Below, piece by piece: positions 1 to 13,145 of a DNA stretch of 64,000 nucleotides (its first letter is position 1; each line of letters begins with the position of its first letter). The stretch is from NCBI GenBank assembly GCA_013239625.1, contig MU054323.1, positions 7,243,220 to 7,307,219 on the forward strand. Direction: 5' to 3'. The DNA comes from Lama guanicoe. Its lineage: Eukaryota. The notes under the pieces are model-generated. The model was not told the origin of the DNA. It ran no database searches and saw nothing but the letters and a program-made list of their open reading frames with translations. Made by a program: the position numbers and the translations under genes.

Positions 1-360
1 CACCCACCACAGGCCTGGCACGGTCAGGGGTCAGGGCATTAAGACCCAGCCTATGCCCTTGAGAAAACCGGACACACTGATACATAATTATATGATGCAA
101 AGAAGGAGTCCTGCCCAAGCGTGGGGGAGGACCTGCATGCAGGTGGGAAGGGCTTCTGGATAAGGGGCTCCCAGAAGGCAAAACTAACTCGGCAAGCATC
201 CTAACTCTCTGAGCGGAACCTCATTCTCTCCAGGGCTTCTTCCAATCACACATACACAGAGTGGGGGCAAGCAGAGCCCCTTTCTACAAGCCCAACTCTA
301 AACCCTGCCCCCAGCCGAAACCAGAGGCTCTGGGACCAGAACCCCTTCCTCCCCGTGTCA

Positions 361-1010
<650 letters not shown>

Positions 1011-1746
1011 TCAGGGGGCTCTTCTCAGTCTCTCTGTGGTTGGAGACAGTGAGAGAAGGTAAGGGGCTGGAGAGAAGAGTTCTTCCCTCGTCAACCCAAG
1101 TGCTTGCCTCAGAAAACAGAAAGATTTGAAGTTGAGAGGTGAACTCAAATCACTTGGCTCAGTTCCAGCCTTCTCTTCTGCCTCTTAGGTAATCTTCCTC
1201 AATTGTCAGCATCATCAGTTGCCCACCCTCTGATACGGAAAGATTCATTCTATCCAGACACTAGTCACGCACCCTAGGTTAGACACAGACCTCGGCTCTA
1301 TCCTGTCCTGTCTTACTCCCCATTCTAGAAATGGATCCTCTCATCTGTTTCTCCAGTTTCCCTGGGCAATCAACCCTTTCTATTCCTAAGTTCCGGACCA
1401 CAATTCTAGTTTTGTTGTGATGCCTAATGATGAAATCACTGTTTTGTATTTAAAGAGCACGGTTCCTTCCCCAGCTGCTCGACCACCACCAAACGCCCCA
1501 CAAGAGCTTGCCTGCTCCCATGCTCATGTGCCGTTTTGGAGTTCTTAGGATCACATCTAACGTAAGCTGTCCCCAGATTAAACTCCTTCTTTCTACGTGC
1601 ATCTTCCAGACCCATAAATACATTTATTCTCTCAACAGTTATTTACTAAGGCCATGGTATAGCCAAGCATCCTCTCTGCCATCCCACTGACAAATTAATT
1701 TAGACCCAAGCATGCTCCCACCTGAACAGCCTCCATCCTTTCACAC

Positions 1747-1817
1747 CTCCCCCTCATCTTTCAGTCTATGACTATGACCCGCATGCCCATTCCTTCTCAA
1801 AACTTGCTCCAGAATTG
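1747..1817 (-). other. DNMT3A: Homolog of the human DNMT3A isoform-b cassette exon (usage unproven)
   Basis: Translates ILEQVLRRNGHAGHSHRLKDEGE, similar to human ILERVVRRNGRVDRSLKDECDT (recalled); flanked by gag| and |gtgtga. Confidence 0.55.
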
Positions 1818-4372
1818 CTCTCACCCTACTGAGGAGAATAAAAGCCTTGATACGTAGCTCAGAGGGCCATTCAACCTAATCTCACCCTCATCTCACCCCG
1901 GCTACTGAATTGAGGACCCATGGCCCTCAAACTTCAAGGCTCCGCAGCGGTTTGCAGCACACCAGATTCAGAGGGGAGAAAAGTCTCACCTTCAACGTGC
2001 CTTTCAGCATGAAGCTTTCCCCCAGAGACTACAACCGTGACTATAAACCCAACCTCAAAATTAAGCTACATTCCTGTCTTAGTCTTGCAACTAATTACTG
2101 CTGACTTTGGAGCAGTCCCCTCTCTTCCAAGTTGCTCCAACCTAAAAAGGTGTTTGATCTGAAGGATTTCTGTTAACTTTTTCTGACTGGTTTAAGAATC
2201 TAATGTATATACGTTCCAAGAATTCCAAGGACTTTACAAAGCCTGTCAATGCGCCCTCGGATCCCAGGGTCCCAGGTTAAGAACCTTTAAGCTCAATGGT
2301 CTCCTGTCTTGTAGCTTCATTTTACTTTGTTCAATCTTCAAGTCTGCATCCTAGCCGCAGACCAAAACTGCTTCTTGAGTTGATTCCTAAAACACTGAGG
2401 ATGGAAGTCCTAGTTCTTTCTCTGAATCAACAAATTCTAAAATGGGTTAATACATTCTTTTCCCCCAGCCCACAAACAGCTGGGAGAATGAGCTCCAGGA
2501 GGCCAGGGAGGCCGGAGCGGAAGAATGCAGAGTAATTGCTCCTCCTTCCAAGCCCGACTCTCACCTGGGGGACTATGCTCCACCCCTTCCTAAAATCAAT
2601 TATCTACCACCTCCTCCCTAGGTGCGTCTAGGTGTCCACTCTGCCCCGTAGAGGAGAGGAGGGTTGTCAGCTGCAGCAGCACTGTCTCAGTGCCAGACCC
2701 ACTCAGAGACACGCCATGCCTAGCAGTCTCTGCTCCCTTCCTTCCACCATGCCTCTGCGAACTTCAGGCATGGTTAAGGATAGAGACCAGGGTGTTGCTC
2801 TGGATGACCCAAAGACTCCATCTCCAAGGGTGATGCGCCCCCCGCAGCCAGAGCAAGGTGTGTAGGTGGCAGAGGGCAGAGGGGGCGAGGAGCCTTCTGG
2901 GGAAAGGAGTCGAAGTCACTTCCACAGCAAGCAGCATCAGGTGGGTGCCGGGCTCCCCCCAGCCTCCCTCAGTCTAGGAGGGAGTCGTGCTTGACACCAC
3001 CCTCCTTACTCCCCCTCAGCCCCTTTGTCTCTCTTCTCAACCCCTCCACAGTGAGTTCCTGAACATTATTCTTCCCCCACAACTTTCCCCAGCTTGTCAG
3101 GTGCTGCTGCTGATGGCTGTTAAGCACCCCCAACCCAGTAGGTGCAAGAGAGCCCGCACCCAGCACGGTTTTGGCAGGCGGAGGAGGAGGAAGGGGCCTC
3201 CATCGGGACTAGGCCAGCAGGGGTGGGGGAAGGAAGAAGGGGGTGGGTTAGCAGCAGGAGGCAAGAGGAAAGGGGAAGAAGGGGCAGAGAGGGTGGCTGG
3301 GTGGGGGAGGGGCTCATTAGAATAGTCTTGCCTAGGGCAGTGCGGGAAAGCCTTTTTCCACTTTCACGCCAACCCTCCTCCCTAGGCAGACAATAGGAGA
3401 AATAAGGGTTAACTCTGGGCTTGGGCTTTTGGGCTAAAGGCTCTTACCCCCTATCTCAGTTCAGAAGGTCCCACCCCACAGGAGCCAAGAGATTGGGCAG
3501 GATCGGGAAGACACTACACCAGCCCCCACTACGGCGGCTCAAGGAGGCCACTTGGTCTGCAGTTTGTTCAGACTGTAAAGCCACTGGTAACTCCACTCTG
3601 ATGGAGGCAAGGCCTCCCCATTCAGTCTCATCTCTTTAGGCAGCTGTCCCACCTCCACCTCCCTCTGCAACTCAGGCTGCTTCCCGTTCCAAAGGTCAGA
3701 GGTCCAGGGACCCACGCGGACTCCCGCTGGTGCAGCAGATCTCAGGCTGTCCCAGGCATCTCTCCCATCACAGGCCGGCATCAGGCTGTGCCCCACGGCA
3801 CCCGCTTAAGTGCCACAGCCCCCTGTCAGGGTTGCACTGCTCCCTTCTACCCCAACACCGCTTCTTTCTGGTGGCCTGATGGTGGTTCCCAGGAACACGC
3901 AGGAGAGGAAACTGTCCCTCTCAAGAAGCCGCAAGGTTGGCACGGCCTGAGGACAGCGTAGTCCACCAGCCAGGAACACAGGTCAGCAAGGAAATGCCAA
4001 AAACCCATCTGCCAACCAGCTCAGCAAAACTGCTGCTTCCAGCCCAACTCCACTGCCGGGGCCTGCCCCCCAGCCTTCATTGACCACTGCCCCAGGCTCA
4101 CACCAGGGCTGCTACACCTGGCCCCTGAATGGCCAGGTCCCACCTGAGCGCAGGGAGGAGTGGAGCTTGGGGTTCCAGAGGAGGGAGTGGGTGGGACAGC
4201 AGTAACTCAGCATCTCCAGAACTCAGGCCCGGCAGAGGAGCCAGCTCCTGCGGGCCGGGTAGGCAGACTTGACTCTTCTGAAACCCAGAGGGCTGCAGGC
4301 CCAGAGATCCTCCCACCGGCCCCAGCCGCCTCCCCGCCCCCAGTTTCCCCAGGGCTCCGTCCAGGAACCTAC

Positions 4373-4485
4373 CCATAAGGCCAGGTGCAGCCCCTCTGTG
4401 GTCCGGCTCAGGTGTGAGCCCCGGCCCTGAAGCTCTACAAGTAGCTGCCCGTCTTGGGGGAGGGGAAGGGGGCGATGGGGCTGGG
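4373..4485 (-). other. DNMT3A: DNMT3A2 alternative first exon (5' end runs into the N gap)
   Basis: Minus-strand ...gacgggcagctacttgtagagcttcagggccggggctcacacctgag...agaggggctgcacctggccttATGG|gtaggt resembles the Dnmt3a2-specific first exon as recalled; good donor; lies in intron 6 next to a CpG island. Confidence 0.85.
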
Positions 4486-4536
4486 NNNNNNNNNNNNNNN
4501 NNNNNNNNNNNNNNNNNNNNNNNNNNNNNNNNNNNN
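4486..4536. other. Assembly gap (51 N)
   Basis: Run of N flanked by G-runs. Confidence 0.99.
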
Positions 4537-5220
4537 GGAGGGGGGATGTGGGGGGGAGGGATTGAACATTTTCTTTGTCTAGAACTCCAGGTCCCGTGGG
4601 CCCCGCTGGAGTGCCTGGTTGGCTGCAAGCGGGCCGGGGGAGGGGGCCGGCTCTCAGACGCTGGCAGTGGGCCAGCCCCTCTCCTCCGGTCCGAGGGGCG
4701 CGGGCCGGCGCTGGGGCCTGGGGGCGCGGCTGGGCCTCCGCCCGTTCCCAGGGCCCCGCCCAGGCCAGGCTGGAGGCGGCGCCCGCCCCCTCCAACCGGG
4801 CAGCGTTCTCCGCCCCCTCTCCCCCAACTGGGCCAGAGCTCCGCGCAGAGCCGGTGGGCGAGGCGGGGACCCCGCGGGCAGCTCAGGGAGGGCAGGCGGG
4901 GAGCCGGGAGGCAAGGGGCTGTTCCCCAGCTGCGGAGGTGAGCTGCAAGCGCCGAGAGAGCCAGGGGAGCAGGCAGAAGGAGAGAGGAGCTCTCGGACCG
5001 TCTGGGAGAGCCAGGAGAAAGTTGTTAAAAGTGAGTTTCTAGGCAGCACAGCCAAAAAAAAAAAAAGAAAGGAAGAAAGAAAAAGCTTACAGATGAGCGA
5101 TGAGGCCCGGGAGGCTGCAGGAAAACGCTAAGCACAGAGATGGACAGAAGGCACCCGCACAGAACTGGGAGCGCTCCAGACCGAGAACGGGGCGAGGGGG
5201 TGGGGGGCTCTCCTCTTCTC
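4537..5220 (-). promoter_or_regulatory. CpG/GC-rich internal promoter region for DNMT3A2
   Basis: Densest CpG stretch in the window, with several GC boxes (ccgccc), immediately upstream of the alternative first exon. Confidence 0.8.
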
Positions 5221-5545
5221 ACTACAGGTGGATAGAGAGCGGTGCCTTAAACAGCCTGGCTTGAGGAGTTCGGGCTTTGAAAATCTCTTCCTGGCCAAGT
5301 CCCTGGGTCCTCTAGGTCACTCTGGGTCTGCCTTAGATGTCTGTTTTCCTGTTTGCGAGGTGCTCGGTGGGGCGGGGGTGAGGAGGAGTTGTACAAAAGT
5401 AGCAGTTCCTTCATTCCCAGGCGCAAACATCTGCAGCTCAAGAAGACTACGTTCCTCCTCTGGAGCCTCCAGGTGGAGCCTCCAGGTGCAGCTTCAACCA
5501 CTTCAAGCTCCCTCCTCCTGAGCAGAGGCCCCTCCCCCAAAGAGA

Positions 5546-5573
5546 ACACACACACACACACACACACACACAA

Positions 5574-5618
<45 letters not shown>
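5546..5618. repeat. Interrupted (CA)n microsatellite
   Basis: Direct reading. Confidence 0.97.
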
Positions 5619-5619
<1 letters not shown>

Positions 5620-5749
5620 CACTACCCACTTCAGATGGAGAAACAGAGACACTGTTGGCTCTGCCCTCAAGGAGCTGACAAATTCAACTAGACTTGGAGA
5701 GATTGGAAAAGATCATTGAAAAACGTCTCTAAAGATAACATCTCTATCA

Positions 5750-6180
5750 CAGATACCAAGCCAGATGGGCCAGGATGGCTTAGAAGCCAACCAAAAATGG
5801 GTAGTATGAATGGTAAGTGAGGTTAAGGAGGTTAGTGAGGAGCAGAGATTGAACCTGGAGGATGCATCAGACTGGGAATGAGGCTCGATAAGTAGAAAAT
5901 AAGAGATGTTAAGCTGGAGAGGAAGGAAAACCCTTATCCACCTCCACCTCCCAACCCCCAATACAACTAAAGCTAAAGGGTGCAAAGAGAGATGTCAGTG
6001 GATACATCCTATCATGATGATGAATAACCGTAGGTTTTCTGACAAGATGAGGTGAATGAGTATTTTGGAAAGATTACAAGATGGTTTCAGTTTACAAGAT
6101 GAATCAGAAAGAAGAGCATAGGAACTGAGGGTAAATGCTCCCAGCAGGGGGAGGGCTGTTTGACCAGCAGCACTCATTGG
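5750..6180 (-). mobile_element. Degenerate L2 LINE fragment
   Basis: Purine-rich decayed sequence typical of antisense L2; boundaries approximate. Confidence 0.45.
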
Positions 6181-7117
6181 ACGATTTGAACTGGGGTTCT
6201 AGTTCTATCAGCATGACCTTGAACAAGCCACTTAACTCCAAAAAGTCTGTTTTTTCACTTGCAAAACAGGAGTGATGACATCTGCCCTCTTAGGCCCCTG
6301 AATACCAGCATCTCTTAAGGAGATAATGCCCCAGATGCCTGGCTTCCAGCCAGTCAGTGGGAACAAACCAGCTGGAACAGGTGCTGGTATAATGAGGTCA
6401 AAAGATGTGCTGTGAAGGAGAGCCCACCATCCTTCCTGGGCTCAGCACCCTTCTGGGGGCCATAAGAACAAGCAGGCCCTAAAAAGGGGAGAGGACTCCA
6501 AATCAGAGAGCCATCAGAGAGTACAAACTTCCTCTCCCAACACCAACTGAGACCCAGAATCCATACACCAAGGAGAAGGAGCCATTCTACAAAACACAAG
6601 CCCTATTCTGCTCCAACCCATCTTTCAAACCAGTGAAGGTATCTGCTTGGTATAGTTTTTCAGGACTTCCTCAAGTAGAGCTGAGAAGCCATGAGTTTAT
6701 ACCTCTTGCCTGCTTCCACCCTTTAAGGAATGTAATATGACTTGCTTGGCTTCTCTCACTGATGCCTCCCCGGCATCCAGGCCCAGGCCCTGTTAACAGG
6801 CTGCTTTAGACCTTACCCCAGGCCTCTTCTCAAAATGAAGTTTCTGATCTGGCTTGGCTGGCTCTTTTTAAAGAGACACTCTCTCTCATCTATGACATCT
6901 CCTTTTCCATTATTAGATGGCTAAATACCTTAGACTCTACACTCTGTGGTCTTGGGACTTGTTCAGTAGGTAATGATGCCTCTGCATGCAGCCAGGATTC
7001 AAAGTGTCAGAACAGACCAGGGCCGTCAGTTTCACTTTCTCTTGGCCTACTTATAAAGTAGCCTCTCCCTGTGGCTGCCCAAATTCCTAATTCCCATTCT
7101 TTAAAATTAAGCTCAAA

Positions 7118-7336
7118 TTGGGGGGAGGGACAAGGTAAGTGTAGGGGACTAAGAGGTATAAACTACTACATATAAGTAAGCTACAAGGATGTAGTGTATA
7201 GCACGAGGAATATACCCAATATTTTATAATAACCATAAATGGAATATGATCTTTAAAAATTGTGAATCACTATGTGGTACACCTGAAACTTATATAATAT
7301 TATAAATCAGCTATACCTCAATAAAAAAATTCAAAA
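7118..7336 (+). mobile_element. 5'-truncated L1 3' end (L1MA-like)
   Basis: L1 3' UTR motifs (gaatcactatgtggtacacctgaaact...tatacctcaataaaaaaa); target-site duplication (TSD) taaaattaagctYaaa at 7102-7117 and 7337-7352. Confidence 0.88.
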
Positions 7337-8885
7337 TAAAATTAAGCTTAAAGCTTACCTCTTCCACATAGCTCCCAACTTAAGCAAAAAGAAGCCCAAA
7401 CTCAAAGTTGTCCCCTTGCTACCTAGGGCACTGCCCCTCTCCTATAGCTGTACAGACAGGAAACTTTACCCTTTTTATACTGTGAGTCACTCGGACAGAG
7501 ATTCATGTCTTCTTTGTACTCAGTAGGCAGAGAGAGACCTCAAAGCAAAAGAGACCCCAAGATCTAGGAAAAGAGGTGACTTTAGCCAAAGGTCAGGAAA
7601 AAAACCAGGGCAGCCTTCGAGGATCCTCAGGTCATATATGTCCTCGACCTTCCAAAGTAACCCTCCCAAGGTGGTTACTGGGATAGGTCTTTTGATTAAG
7701 ATAAAGATAGTCAATCTAAAATAGCAGGGTCACGTAAAATGAGCCAGGTTCTTGGAAATGTTTTAAAAGTATGTTGAAAGGAGGAACCCCTGGATGAAAA
7801 GAAGATCTGGTGGATGTCAAGAGCCTAAAAGAAGTGTTAGCGAGGAAGTATCCAACATGGTCCAAAAGACAGGGCTGACCTAAAAGAGAGGGCACATTTC
7901 CTGTTTGGCAGGCACATAGCAGTGTTCCAATAGGCCTGATGAAAACACCTCTTAAGGACAGCTGACTCTCTCAGGACTGATCCTGTATTCAACAAGCAAA
8001 CTTCTAATTTTAATTACATTTTCCAGTGACTCTGATACCAGGAAGTTACCAGAAAGCATCAGGACAAGCACTGGCATCTGCATCGAAAGGACAAGTCCTG
8101 TTACAAATCTGTACATTTAACATCCTGGTACACGTCACCCTCCTGTGTCCCTGAAGACCGTGATCATAAGAAGTGCTGTTAATTTGACTTTCCAGCTCAG
8201 GGAACTGAGATGAGACACTAGTCGTGATTCTCCACCCAAGAGCAGTAACTCCCACAGGCCCAGGTGGGAATGCCACGCCTGCCTGATTGATTTTAACTCA
8301 AAGTTGAGCGTTCTGTGGCATGCTCTGTCAGAAAATCCAGTGCTGGCGGGATGTGGGGAGGTTACATTGCTTCAATCAAACAGGACATTTACCACCTGAG
8401 TCCCTTTACTCAAAATCAGAGAAGCCACAGTCCCTAGGAAGCCATCTACAAAGCCATATATTGGGAGGACTCTGCGTATTTCCTGCCACACAAACATTCC
8501 ACTGACCCCAAGACCAGTGAGACCTTATCTAGACAGAGGCCATGAGATCAAGATGGATGTCTCTTCTGATCCTGCCCTTACACCTACAGCTCAAAAGCCT
8601 CAGTGCTACACAGACCTCTGCCTGCCTGCTGCTTGCAGTCATGCTCCTTGCGTGGTGTTCAAGGCCCCCCGCAATCTGCAGCACTTACATCACACGGCCC
8701 CCACTCTGCCACCCACTTGCTATTCCCCAGATACGCCCTTTCCCTGCTTCTGGGGCCTTTGCTCATGCTGTCCCTTGCTCCTCCCCTTCAACTTCCACCG
8801 GCCCAAATCCTACCTATCCTTCTAGGCCCAGTTCACCAGTCACCTCCACCATGAAGGTTTCTCTGGACCTCAACTGGCCAATCAG

Positions 8886-9066
8886 GTAGCCACTGGCTGC
8901 GTGCGCCATTTAATTCATTAAAATTAAGTTCAAAGTAAAATTCAGTTCCTCACTTGTACTGGCCACATCCCAAGTGTCCAAGAGCCCAAGTGGGTTAGGG
9001 GCCACTGTCCTGAACGGCAGCTTGTAGAACTTCTGTCATTACAGAACATTCTACCGGACATGCTGC
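8886..9066. mobile_element. MER3-like hAT-Charlie non-autonomous element
   Basis: aaaattcagttcctc...ggccacat...caagtg...agaacattct...ggaca motifs. Confidence 0.65.
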
Positions 9067-10099
9067 TGCGGCCCCTCGCCCTTATCTTTCCCCACTGAAA
9101 AATCACCCCATACCTCCTCATCCTTCACAGTCCCACAGCACTTTGTAATCTTCTCTTAGCACCTTGCCTGTACCTAGGTGATCGTGTACTCATCTTTCTC
9201 CTCCATGGCATTAAAAACCCCTAGAGGGCATGGCCTGCATCTTACTCAGGTTCACATGGAAGCCGTGTGGACCAGAGCCCCTCGCACACTGTAGAGGATT
9301 AAAGAAAGCTGTGGTTGCTGAACTGAATTCAACAGTGTCTCAGGAGCTTCGTCCAGAGTCCACTGACCAAGTTCCCAGATGGGGACACATAACTTTCCAC
9401 AGCAAAATTCTAATAGGTGCTAAGAGGTCCAGGTCTAAGGTTCCTGAAAGAGGCCAGAATCTTTGTTTTCCTATTCCCCTGCAATCCACATGGAGGTTGC
9501 AAGCAAATGACCAGGACTGGGCTGCTGGCAGTGAAGCTAAAAATAGCCATGGAGCCAACAGAAAGGAGTTAGCAGGACTTGTTGCTAGGGAGACCATCGC
9601 AGAGAGAGCAACCAAGCAGGGAGAAAGCGTCAGACCTGCACCCGGAGAGCAGAGGCCATGGTGGGAGGGGGGCCTTCAAAGTTGACAGGGGTCCAAGGAT
9701 CCCACCTAGAGATGTTCTGCCTTCTGGCAGCTCCTGACTAATGCTCTAAGTGGGGCAAATGTTCCCCCGTCCCTCAGTAACCCATCTCCATGGAAACCAC
9801 CATTGCTGGGGTGAAGTACCAGCCCCTGGAAGGGAGGCCTCTGCCTGGAGCTGGTTGTTATGGCAACATCCCCCCCACCCTGTCATTCTCTCTCTCCTGG
9901 CTTCTCCTGTGGGGAAAAGGTGGGGGCCAGGTCTTGGCTTAGGCAGCATGACCAGGAAACACCGGCTTCCTGACAAGAGTGACCTACACGGGGCTCTTCG
10001 GAAGCTCCTGGGACCCCAGAAGGGCAGTCAGTCCTAAGCACAGGGCAGAACTTCCTTTCCTCCCCCTAAGAGCCTCACAGGTCATCTTGCCAGGAGAAT

Positions 10100-10266
10100 C
10101 CCAAATTCACTTGAGTTCATTTGTATCAGGATCACCCAAAGAGGTTTTTAAAAATACAGATTCTTGGGCTCCACCTATGGAGATCAGCTGGCTTAGGGTA
10201 GGGCCCGGGAACCAGTTAAAACCTCCCTGGGTAATTCTGATACCAGCCAGGTGTGGAGACCACCAG
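10100..10266. mobile_element. MER5A-like hAT element
   Basis: gatcacc...taaaaatacagattcttgggctccacc...gggcccgggaa...gtaattctgat motifs. Confidence 0.7.
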
Positions 10267-12082
10267 TGGCCCTGGCTGTCCCTGTTACAAATAAGGAAAC
10301 AGGCCTACAGGGGTCTGAGCCCACCCAAAATGTCAGAGCCACTGACTGAAGAGGAAGTCTTCTGGAGGGAGGAGGAGGAGAAGGTAGAAGGAGACACAGA
10401 GGGAGCTCCTCAGCGCACATGTCTGCGGTGAGCTGCCTCATCTCCTGCTTCCCCTTCAAACCAGAACACGCTGTTTCTGATACTGGACTATGATTGAAAA
10501 CGGAGCCTCTCAACAGACGGCAGAAAGCGGAAGGTAGTGGGGCTGGGCAGTCTGTTGCCCGGAGTGTGCAGAATGGTGGCAGCCCAGGCAGATGATCTGG
10601 GCTGAAAGAGAAATCCATCCTCCTTTGGAAGGAAAGCAAAAGGGTCACCATGGCAACTGCAGCATGCCAGCCCGCTTGGGCTCTGTGCCATCCCCAAACC
10701 TGGGCCCAAGAGAGGCGTCGCTTTAGGCAAACGTCATGGGGCAGGGGCAGCCCCCCAGCCCCAACTGCCGCCAGTCTGGTTTGAGAACTGTAAAGAGGCC
10801 GTGCTTTACCCTGAAGCCAACCTCTGAGTCTGCCTGAAACACACTTCCACCCTTGGATCCAGGCGCACTCGGAGTCCTGAGCACCTGCAGCACGAGGCTG
10901 GGGAGGACATTGAGGAGGGGGAGGAGATGGTGGAGGAGATGGCCTCCACCCTTCTGTTACGCACAGCCTAATCGTGTGCCCAAGACCCACCGCACACGAA
11001 ACCACAGCCCTCATTCAAGACAGCATGCAATTAGATGGTAAATTATGTGGTAGAGATGCTTTCTCCATGTGCTGAAGGAAATCCGAGGTGGCAGGATCAG
11101 TAAAGACAGGAAGACACGAGGGAGGCTGAGTGAGGGTGAACCAGGACTGGGCCCAACCTCCCGGGTTTCTCAGGCGGGAATGGCCAGCTCTTTGGGGGCA
11201 TCTGCAATCGCATTAGCTTCCCAACAGAAGCACAAGCACAGCTGCACGCACACCTGTTAGGGAGGGGCGCTGCCTGCGGCCTGCTCTATGATCCACTCAC
11301 CCTCATACATTCTTCTGACCCAGAGAGTAAAATGCAGGCTCCAGGAGCCACCTCCTAGCTGCCGCCTCGTTTCTCCATCTCTGCAAGCTTCTATGTCAAG
11401 CAGCCCTTGTTCCTCCCTGGCTCTGCCATTCTCTCCCCGTCCTCATTGTCCTCATTACACTTCCGTTATGGGGTATGCTTGGAAGCCCTACCCTGCCAGA
11501 TCTGCCATTTAGGCTCCTGCAGCTTGAGCTGCTACCTCCTTCCTGACTGCGCTTATCTGCCTTCTCTTTCCCTGCAGCTCCGGGTCTGCTCCTAAGGGGA
11601 AGGCTTCTTCACAAACCCATCTCCCTCCCCCTCCCCTCATCACTTTCATCCCCTAACCCCAGGCTGCTGGGTGCCCAGCTCCACCTGTGAGTAGTGTGCG
11701 GGGGTCTGGGCGGGGAGCAAGGGTGGTGGTGGCGGTGGCTGCAGGTTCCCAGACCTCACTTGCCCCTTGCCAGGAAAAAGAACAGAAGGGGCAGAATGTG
11801 AGCCGAGGATCACAGCTGATGACAAGACTTTCAGTAAGCGCCTAGCTTCTTTGGATCTTAGTTTCTTAATCAGTCTAATGGGACCACAAATATCTGCTGA
11901 ATATTACAGATAAGATCAAAGGAAGTCAGGAGGGCGTATCATTTGAGAGGTGGAAAGAACCTTATGGCAAGTCTGCTTAAGCACATGTCTATATTGTCAC
12001 TGTGCTTTAGAAACTTGACTCTGGAGAGAAATGTTAATTTTATACCTAGGGGGTGTGGGTCAGAAGGAACCAGGTAAACCTG

Positions 12083-12701
12083 AACGGCCAGGGTTGCTTT
12101 CTCCCCTCCTCCCCACCCCATCTCCAGGCTCCAGGGGTCAAAGGGAGGGGCCTCAGAGACCACCATTCAGATTCAGGCATGCAGACCCTCTCAAGTTTCA
12201 GGGTCCAAAGAGAAGACCCAGGAGGAGCCCAGCGGACAAGCATTGCCATAAACCGTTGCTGAAAACAGCAGGAACGCCTACCATCTCCATCCCAAAGGAA
12301 AAATTTGAATTCCTGTACCAAGTCCTTTCCGGTCTTCTCCCCTCACCCATGTTTGGAAATGGGTTTTTAGCTCAGCCAGCCTTAGAGCCCTAACGGCCAG
12401 GGTTGCTTTCTCCCCTCCTCCCCCACCCCATCTCCAGGCTCCAGGGGTCAAAGGGAGGGGCCTCAGAGACCACCATTCAGATTCAGGCATGCAGACCCTC
12501 TCAAGTTTCAGGGTCCAAAGAGAAGACCCAGGAGGAGCCCAGCGGACAAGCATTGCCATAAACCGTTGCTGAAAACAGCAGGAACGCCTACCATCTCCAT
12601 CCCAAAGGAAAAATTTGAATTCCTGTACCAAGTCCTTTCCGGTCTTCTCCCCTCACCCATGTTTGGAAATGGGTTTTTAGCTCAGCCAGCCTTAGAGCCC
12701 T
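12083..12701. repeat. Near-perfect head-to-tail duplication (309 bp + 310 bp)
   Basis: Copies 12083-12391 and 12392-12701 appear to differ only by one C in a C-run; duplicated ORFs in the track agree. Confidence 0.97.
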
Positions 12702-12739
12702 GGCCTCTTCCTCAGCTCTGTGTTCAAGATCTGAGAGTC

Positions 12740-13145
12740 TCAGCCCCTCAACGCTGTATTTTAGAATCACTTGGAGAGCTTTAAAAATGACCCATCACTA
12801 AATTCCAGATGTAATGAATCCAGAGCGAGGGGCCCAGGCAACGGAGGTTAAAAACAAAACACCCAGGTGATCCGAATGTGCAGGGAGACCCTGGATGTGG
12901 GTGACGAGGTGGTAGGTGATATGATACATGCATCTTCGGGGGTATCTCTTCTGTGTCAGATTTGGTTTACTTCGAATCATCCAAAGCTTAGTGGTTCTCA
13001 AATTTTCACAAGCCCCAGTACCATCTGGGGACCTGACTAGAAAATCAGATTTCTTAGGGACCACCCCAAAGTTCCTGCCTTTAGGTTCAGAATGGGACCC
13101 GGGAAGGTGCCTTTTCAATGCACTGCCCTGGTGATTCTAATGGAC
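12740..13145. mobile_element. Two MER5-like hAT fragments (about 12740-12892 and 12990-13145)
   Basis: agaatcacttggagagctttaaaaat...ccaggtgatcc and gtggttctcaaa...ggtgattctaat motifs. Confidence 0.6.

Noticed and set aside
4098..5131. Several 130-190 aa ORFs over the CpG island
   Set aside because: Stop-poor GC-rich sequence; some span the N gap; low-complexity products.
10193..11014. 273-aa minus-strand ORF
   Set aside because: No protein family signal; the end overlaps a MER5 fossil; probably chance.
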